DNA of 64,000 nucleotides from Candidatus Thorarchaeota archaeon (lineage in GTDB: Archaea; Asgardarchaeota; Thorarchaeia; Thorarchaeales; Thorarchaeaceae): the NCBI GenBank assembly GCA_048884785.1, contig JBHLQM010000001.1, positions 93,743 to 157,742 of the forward strand. The letters run 5' to 3'. The translations under genes were made by a program, and so were the position numbers. Under the pieces are notes generated by a model, which did not search any database, was not told where the DNA came from, and saw only the letters and a program-made list of their open reading frames with translations. This document shows positions 58,292 to 64,000 of the stretch, one piece after another. Position 1 is the stretch's first letter; each line of letters opens with the position of its first letter.

Positions 58292-58759
58292 TCATTCGTC
58301 TTTTCTCGTGTCCTCGGAATCCTTGTCATCAGTCTCTGTGTCTACGACTTTCTCCTTTTTCCCCTTATGCTCTAATGATGCTTTAATTTCCTCGACGAAT
58401 GGCACTTTCCCACTTTGTATTGCCAGAGGAATGGCATAGAAGAGTATTAGGACCGCTCCTGGCACAATGATGAAAGGTGCTATCAAATTGATTATGGGGA
58501 TTCCCAAAATGAAGTTCCCAACTAAATAAAGAATGCCGCCGATAATTAAGCCTAACTTTGCGCTACTAATTGACCTCTGCAATGCAGAAATGGCTGTAGC
58601 GGTAGCTGTTAGCCCAAATCCAATTGTCAAAAGAAAAGGCTGCAATATTGGTATATTATAGAAACCAAGAATCCAAACCATCGCTCCGATTACGATAATT
58701 CCAATGTTCGGATCTTTCCAAATCTCAGTTACAGTCTGATTCAAGCTGGTTTTGCTCAT
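58292..58759 (-). CDS. Hypothetical 4-TM membrane protein
   Basis: Four hydrophobic segments and a charged tail. Confidence 0.7.
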   Translation of the reverse strand: MSKTSLNQTVTEIWKDPNIGIIVIGAMVWILGFYNIPILQPFLLTIGFGLTATATAISALQRSISSAKLGLIIGGILYLVGNFILGIPIINLIAPFIIVPGAVLILFYAIPLAIQSGKVPFVEEIKASLEHKGKKEKVVDTETDDKDSEDTRKDE

Positions 58760-58822
58760 TGTTGAAACCCAAATTTCAATTGATACAATCGGTATTATGC
58801 CTTATTGTTCGTCTTCTTGCTA

Positions 58823-60124
58823 TCACGATGAGCCTGGCGAATCTATGCTCTCCAATAGTAAATCAGCAGGTTTCTTTACCTTGCTTCGGTAGCCTCTTGT
58901 GGTATATACCCTGACTGTGCGAAGCTTCCTGCCAAAACTTCTCGCTAAGCCGCTTTGCTCCTCCACAGGCCAAAACTCATACCCTTTGGAGCCACGCTCG
59001 AATAATACAAGATCATCCATTCGATGAAGACCTGGATAGTAACTCACCGAAGGCCTGTCAGGATAGTCGATATATAGATTCTTAACATCAATTCCAGAGG
59101 ATTCGGCAATCTCTGTTTCCAAGGCGAAGAGACCGTCTGGAGTCCCAATCTTCTTGAGGAATGCTGCATCGGCAATTGCCCGCTCACTTACTAGTTTTAC
59201 AAGATGTCGTTTCCTAAAGTCAAGAAATATCTTGTTTGCTGCACGCATGCTTTCAGGGTCATCAGACTTGACGGTCAGAAGGATGTCATGAGCGGTCAAG
59301 TCGTCGCTAAGTAGAAATCCATTCAAGTCATCACCCGGAAAGGGGATGATGCGTGACCCAGCTTCATCCATTATTCTCAATAGCATTAGTTCAGCCGCTC
59401 TGATGGTCTTATGATAATACACCGCATCAAACATATTCGCCGCCGCAGATAGGTACGAGTCTAGAGTAAACAGGGCACCTCGCTCAAAAGCAATTTTATT
59501 CTTGGCAATACGGGTCGCACTAAACAGGCGTCTGATTTCAAGCTGGGCATACTCTACTCCAGCAAAGTATGCATCTCTTTCAAGGTTATCAACCAGTTCA
59601 GGATTGATAGGTGTGGTGAGGAGGTCAACCCTTATTCCTTTGATAGGAACCCCCTTTTCTAGCAGGTCAATGACCTCTGTTTTGGAGAATTTGCTATCCT
59701 TCAATATCTGTTTTATCGGATTTTTTTCCGCTATCAGTGTCGCCATTCTTCTACGATCATATCCCCGAACAGTAAGATATTCATTCATTACATTTGCCCA
59801 GGGACCAAATGATAAGGAAAACAACATCGCTGCCAATCGAGCCTTTTCTATTTCCTCATAGTCACCTCCAAGACTACTCACGAATATCTCCACTACATGC
59901 ATGACACCTAGCATTCGTCCCATCAGTGATGAATCCGCTCCAGGAAAAACCAGATGAATTCCTGCAGGTGACCGAATGTATCTAAGCCGCTGGGTCATTC
60001 GTAGATCTATAATCTGTCGCTCAAGCTCTGATAATCCAATATATCCATGCAGCGGGTCCTTAATTTGTAGAGCCGCTTGAAAGTCTCGAACTGGCATCGG
60101 TATCAAATATTCAATAATGAACAC
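58823..60124 (-). CDS. SAMHD1/YdhJ-like HD-domain protein with inactivated metal site
   Basis: IKDPLHGYI, QRLRYI, VFPGA, D.L.RD and VYYHKT retained; H/HD residues replaced. Confidence 0.8.
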   Translation of the reverse strand: MFIIEYLIPMPVRDFQAALQIKDPLHGYIGLSELERQIIDLRMTQRLRYIRSPAGIHLVFPGADSSLMGRMLGVMHVVEIFVSSLGGDYEEIEKARLAAMLFSLSFGPWANVMNEYLTVRGYDRRRMATLIAEKNPIKQILKDSKFSKTEVIDLLEKGVPIKGIRVDLLTTPINPELVDNLERDAYFAGVEYAQLEIRRLFSATRIAKNKIAFERGALFTLDSYLSAAANMFDAVYYHKTIRAAELMLLRIMDEAGSRIIPFPGDDLNGFLLSDDLTAHDILLTVKSDDPESMRAANKIFLDFRKRHLVKLVSERAIADAAFLKKIGTPDGLFALETEIAESSGIDVKNLYIDYPDRPSVSYYPGLHRMDDLVLFERGSKGYEFWPVEEQSGLARSFGRKLRTVRVYTTRGYRSKVKKPADLLLESIDSPGSS

Positions 60125-60334
60125 CTAAATATGCTTGGCTATTGTGAACTATGTGCATAGAGGAGCTATCATACAATAAGAATTGTCTCATTCAATGTTT
60201 AAACTTGGCAGGAATCATGAGTAATTCTCGTCAAGATGCTAATCAAAATTCAAACTGAAAAACAGACATTTGGCGTATCAGCTATCTTTGTGTTTGTCAT
60301 ATGCGGTACAGATTAAGTAGGTTCGAAATCATCT

Positions 60335-60619
60335 CTAATGCTTGTTAGGACCTTTCCGCAAACTATCTTGACGGATGTGAACTCTGCCTGAGTGCACCGC
60401 GCAGCTGATACAATAGTATGAAGTCACTTTGTGGCTCTGAATATATGAGCCCTGTTGACGAAGTTCCCGGGCAATCTGTGGTTCTACAATGGATGTGTAC
60501 CTTGTGTACTTCTTTGCCTTATCTGATGGAACCTGTCGTCCACATCTCGAGCAAGATACAGTACCCTTATGGCCTGCACCGCCTTTTGCCCGACCTGATG
60601 ATTTTCGTTTTTTCGCCAA
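60335..60619 (-). CDS. rps26e: Ribosomal protein eS26
   Basis: KKRKSSGR, CSRCG..VP.DKA, YCISCAVH; TTG start with a GGTGA SD. Confidence 0.95.
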   Translation of the reverse strand: MAKKRKSSGRAKGGAGHKGTVSCSRCGRQVPSDKAKKYTRYTSIVEPQIARELRQQGSYIQSHKVTSYYCISCAVHSGRVHIRQDSLRKGPNKH

Positions 60620-60807
60620 ATGTAATATTTCACCACGGCACTATGTGGAGTGCCACATCTCTCGTGAATAATCTGTATAAATCCTTGTGGCTCTGTCTAT
60701 ATTTCAATAGAATGAAGTGAAACGTTCAGTTCTGCCACCAATATACAGTACTTGATTCCCATGACTCCTGATATTTGCAATCTCAGGTAGCTTCCCATAG
60801 ATTTCTT

Positions 60808-61719
60808 CTAGGTGAAGGTTCTCATGATTACATCCCAGCGGTGCTGGACATAATCTTGGAGCTCCTGTATCTTCTTCTCATCTCTTTTTGGTTTGAACAG
60901 GTGAGAGAAACGTCCCTGCAATTTCAGGAATTCCTCGATTGGCTTTCGCTTCTCCGGATCTTCGAAACGCTTGCTCTCACGATTGAGAATGAATTCTTCT
61001 CCAATGCGTTCCCATTGAATCCAATATCCGGTTTCTACTGCAAGTTTCCCAATCTCGACCCCCTTTTCAACGGGGTAATTCCAAGCTTGCGGGCAAGGCA
61101 GAAAGATATGAATGAATTTTGGACCTTCAATATCCTTTGCCTTCATGAACTTGTCATAGAGGTCTCTAGGATAGGAGGAATTTGTTGTTGCTTGATAGGC
61201 GGGCTCATGAGCTGCAACAATAAGGTCTAGCATCTTCTCTGGCTCAGTCTTTCCAAACCATGTTGTGGTTGTTTGTGCATGCAATGGTGTCGCACCAGAA
61301 CGTTGAGTCCCAGTATTGCTGTATACTTGATTGTTGTAACAAACATACAACAGATCAGATCTTCTTTCAAAAGCTCCACTCAGAGCCTGTAGCCCTATAT
61401 CAAAAGTTCCGCCATCACCGGCCCAAACCAAAACAGTTGTGTGATTGTTGCCTTTGGCCCTAAGGGCGGCCCTGACACCGGAAGCTGTTGCAGCAGCTGC
61501 CATGAATGCGGTATTCAATACTGGGATAGCCAAGCCGCTCTTTGGCCAAAGAGACTGAACAACACTTGTGCAACATGCAGGTGTGACTTGAATAACATCT
61601 CCTTCGAGTGCCTTGTGTGCATGGCGCAAAGCAACCATATCTTGGCAACCGGAACAAGAGGCATTTCCCTTCAGTACATATTCCTTTAGTGGTATGTCTT
61701 TTGTTGCTACCATTTTCAA
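60808..61719 (-). CDS. porB: Pyruvate/2-ketoisovalerate:ferredoxin oxidoreductase beta subunit
   Basis: CSGC, ACC, GDGGTFDIG, YNNQVYSNTG.QRS, PCP. Confidence 0.9.
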   Translation of the reverse strand: MKMVATKDIPLKEYVLKGNASCSGCQDMVALRHAHKALEGDVIQVTPACCTSVVQSLWPKSGLAIPVLNTAFMAAAATASGVRAALRAKGNNHTTVLVWAGDGGTFDIGLQALSGAFERRSDLLYVCYNNQVYSNTGTQRSGATPLHAQTTTTWFGKTEPEKMLDLIVAAHEPAYQATTNSSYPRDLYDKFMKAKDIEGPKFIHIFLPCPQAWNYPVEKGVEIGKLAVETGYWIQWERIGEEFILNRESKRFEDPEKRKPIEEFLKLQGRFSHLFKPKRDEKKIQELQDYVQHRWDVIMRTFT

Positions 61720-62895
61720 TCACCTCAAAGCGTGCCAAGTCTCTTCATGACCTGTTTCACCGCTCTCAACCGCTTTTACTGTGTCCAAAATCACTTCTTT
61801 GATATCTTTGACCGTTATATCACGACCTCCTAGTCCACCAATGTATCCTTTGATAATTGGACGGCGTTTGGTCGCGTACATCGCGGCCCTAATATCATTC
61901 ACCACATGGCCGCTATATCCATAAGATACTCCTCTGTCAAATGCCGCGATACCCTTGACATTGCTGCCAATTTCACGGATTCTTTCAACTGGAAAGGGGC
62001 GAATCATACGCATTCGAGCATTGCCAACTTTGTATCCTTCATTCCTGAGTTCATCTATCGCATCTATTGCTTCTGCACTCATTGAGCCCTGTGATGTAAA
62101 AATCACATCTGCATCATCACAGCGATAGCAATCGATAGGGCCTCCAAAGTTCTTGCCAAAGAGTTTCTCATATTCTCGCTCGACCTCATCGTAGACACTT
62201 ACCGCATTGAGGATTCCCTCATGTATTCCGTACCTAAATTCCTGATAGTGTTCAGGAAAGACAATGTTTCCATGTGACACTGGATTTTCAGGATCCATTT
62301 TCCAGTGCGGGGGATCGTACGGTGGTAGGAATTTGTCCACCTCTTCGGGCTCTAGATAATCATAAGGCTGCAGAGTATGACTGAGCACAAACCCATCTGC
62401 ATTGACCATGACGGGCATTAGAACACGCTCGTCTTCGCCTAGCTTGAAGGCTTGAATTATGGTATGATAGAACTCATCAACACTAGCTGTATAGAATTGA
62501 ATCCAACCCGTGTCCCTCTGTGACATCGAGTCATCATGAGTTACATGAATATTCCAGCTCGGAGAAACAGAACGATTAATGTTTGCAAGAACGACCGGTA
62601 ATCGAGCTGCTGCAGCCCAGTGAAGTGCTTCATGCATTAGGAGAAGCCCATTCGATGAAGTGGCGGTAAATGCTCGAGCACCCGTAGAGCTGGCACCAAT
62701 GCAGGCAAACATCGCAGAGTGCTCTGATTCCACACGGATGAACTGACCAGGCCAATCACCTCTCTCATTAAGAAGCGCAACCTGCTCTGGAACAGTTGTT
62801 GCTGGTGTAATAGGATATGCTGCAACGACTTCAACACGGGCAGACATGACCGCTCGTGCAGCTGCATAATTCGCACTCATTAATTCTGTCTTCAT
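61720..62895 (-). CDS. porA: Pyruvate/2-ketoisovalerate:ferredoxin oxidoreductase alpha subunit
   Basis: AAYPITP, VESEHSA, TATSSNGL, GLGGRD. Confidence 0.92.
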   Translation of the reverse strand: MKTELMSANYAAARAVMSARVEVVAAYPITPATTVPEQVALLNERGDWPGQFIRVESEHSAMFACIGASSTGARAFTATSSNGLLLMHEALHWAAAARLPVVLANINRSVSPSWNIHVTHDDSMSQRDTGWIQFYTASVDEFYHTIIQAFKLGEDERVLMPVMVNADGFVLSHTLQPYDYLEPEEVDKFLPPYDPPHWKMDPENPVSHGNIVFPEHYQEFRYGIHEGILNAVSVYDEVEREYEKLFGKNFGGPIDCYRCDDADVIFTSQGSMSAEAIDAIDELRNEGYKVGNARMRMIRPFPVERIREIGSNVKGIAAFDRGVSYGYSGHVVNDIRAAMYATKRRPIIKGYIGGLGGRDITVKDIKEVILDTVKAVESGETGHEETWHALR

Positions 62896-62898
62896 CCT

Positions 62899-63228
62899 TC
62901 AACCCTCCTCAGCAGCAACAGGAAGTGGTGCATCCTCCCCTGTTCGAACCATCTCGATGCACTTTGGTGGACACACTTCAGCGCAAATTCCACACCCCTT
63001 ACAATAGTCAAAATCAATGTGAGGAGTGCCATCCTCATCAACCGAGATCACAGCCTCAGGGCAATGAAGCCAACAAATCCTACATTTATTGCAATTATCG
63101 TAATCGATTCGTGGATCAAAAATTCTCCAGCTTCCAGTCTTACCAGTAGCACCAACTTCTGGTTTGGAGTATGAGGTCTTTGGCATGTCGGCCTTGCCCT
63201 TTGGCTCTGTATTAACTTCATTGACCAC
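62899..63228 (-). CDS. porD: 2-oxoacid:ferredoxin oxidoreductase delta subunit (2x[4Fe-4S])
   Basis: TGSWR..P, CNKCRICWLHCP, CKGCGICAEVCP. Confidence 0.92.
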   Translation of the reverse strand: MVNEVNTEPKGKADMPKTSYSKPEVGATGKTGSWRIFDPRIDYDNCNKCRICWLHCPEAVISVDEDGTPHIDFDYCKGCGICAEVCPPKCIEMVRTGEDAPLPVAAEEG

Positions 63229-63330
63229 AAGCTACACGTCCAAGCGAGCCTTACATGGTTCGCCACAAAAGCCAACAAGATAAGCCTTATGATGTAGTTA
63301 ATTCACGTGAAATTCAGGAAGGTCAAGCCT

Positions 63331-64000
63331 TTGGAGTTCAGTGTGTCACTAGTACAAGCTGCATGTATGGAAGGAGAGCGTGAAAAGAATTTCAGCAATA
63401 TCCAAGACATGCTCAGAAACCATAAATCAAGGACGAATAGAGAATTCATCATTCTTCCAGAACTCTTTGCTATTGGCTTTCGATATTCTGACTACAATAT
63501 TGCTGGAGCTGGACATCCAGGTGCAACCACAGAATTCCTTCAAGATCTTGCGGAAGAGTATTCCTCGTATATCGTGGCATCGGATATAGAGAAAGCAGGT
63601 TCCAAGTGGTTCAACACTCTGATTATGACCTCTCCCAAAGGAAAAGTGATTGCTACATATAGAAAGATTCACCCGTTCCAAGATGAGAAAACAGTGTTTT
63701 CAGGGGGAGACTCCCTAATCATTGTTGATGCGGGAGGGATCAAAGTTGGATTGGAGATTTGCTACGACCTCAGGTTTCCCGAACTCTCACGAGCCCTTGC
63801 TCTAAATGGAGCAGAATTGGTTCTCATGGCAGCTGCCTTTCCTGACCCTCGGGCAATGCACTGGGATACTCTCGTCATGGCGAGAGCAATTGAGAACCAA
63901 TTATATTTCGCTGCGGCAAATCGAATAGGGTTTGGATATGATGGAAAAACATACTTTGGCCATTCACAAATAGTGGATCCATGGGGCATACGACTGACCA
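63331..64000 (+). CDS. Carbon-nitrogen hydrolase (nitrilase family), truncated by the window end
   Basis: Not in the track. Manual translation gives ILPEL, YRKIHPF, ICYDLRFPE (E-K-C triad) and ARAIENQ. Start is TTG 63331 or GTG 63307. Confidence 0.9.
   Translation, partial: MEFSVSLVQAACMEGEREKNFSNIQDMLRNHKSRTNREFIILPELFAIGFRYSDYNIAGAGHPGATTEFLQDLAEEYSSYIVASDIEKAGSKWFNTLIMTSPKGKVIATYRKIHPFQDEKTVFSGGDSLIIVDAGGIKVGLEICYDLRFPELSRALALNGAELVLMAAAFPDPRAMHWDTLVMARAIENQLYFAAANRIGFGYDGKTYFGHSQIVDPWGIRLT

Noticed and set aside
375-63989. Many 60-200 aa track ORFs antisense to or nested within confident genes
   Set aside because: They are shadow ORFs with no motifs or start signals.

Overview
This is a gene-dense chromosomal segment of an anaerobic archaeon. 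It is most consistent with an Asgard lineage, probably Thorarchaeia (inferred from the thermosome, eS26, ZPR1, a longin-domain protein and adaptin-appendage-like domains, not from a phylogeny). Housekeeping and metabolic genes include two 2-oxoacid:ferredoxin oxidoreductase loci, thermosome, TrxB, the HMG-CoA synthase/thiolase/DUF35 operon, a fused PPAT-dephospho-CoA kinase, Nnr, NfnAB, a K+-independent membrane pyrophosphatase, tRNA-Ala(UGC), a PadR-controlled heterodimeric ABC exporter, UbiX and a nitrilase-family enzyme. Main observations: (1) Two tandem, paralogous small ORFs missing from the ORF track (33 and 29 aa, sharing MAL..NT and ST.A..YAY..R) sit in a hairpin-rich leader and are coupled to an MFS exporter that apparently starts at CTG; the track gives this MFS gene the wrong strand. 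This is either a peptide export system or a leader-peptide attenuator. (2) An SMC with Smc5/6-type motifs is in an operon with a catalytically degenerate AAA+ protein and a kleisin, and a ScpB/Nse1-like kite gene lies 7.6 kb downstream. (3) A ~104-nt intergenic element is closed by an 18-bp stem. (4) Several unusual architectures occur: an NPRL2-like longin-wHTH protein, an 8x Zn-finger plus appendage-like protein, a carotenoid-oxidoreductase/GltD fusion and an inactive SAMHD1-like protein. I found no CRISPR array, rRNA, integrase or transposase. All family calls come from motif recognition by eye; no searches were run.
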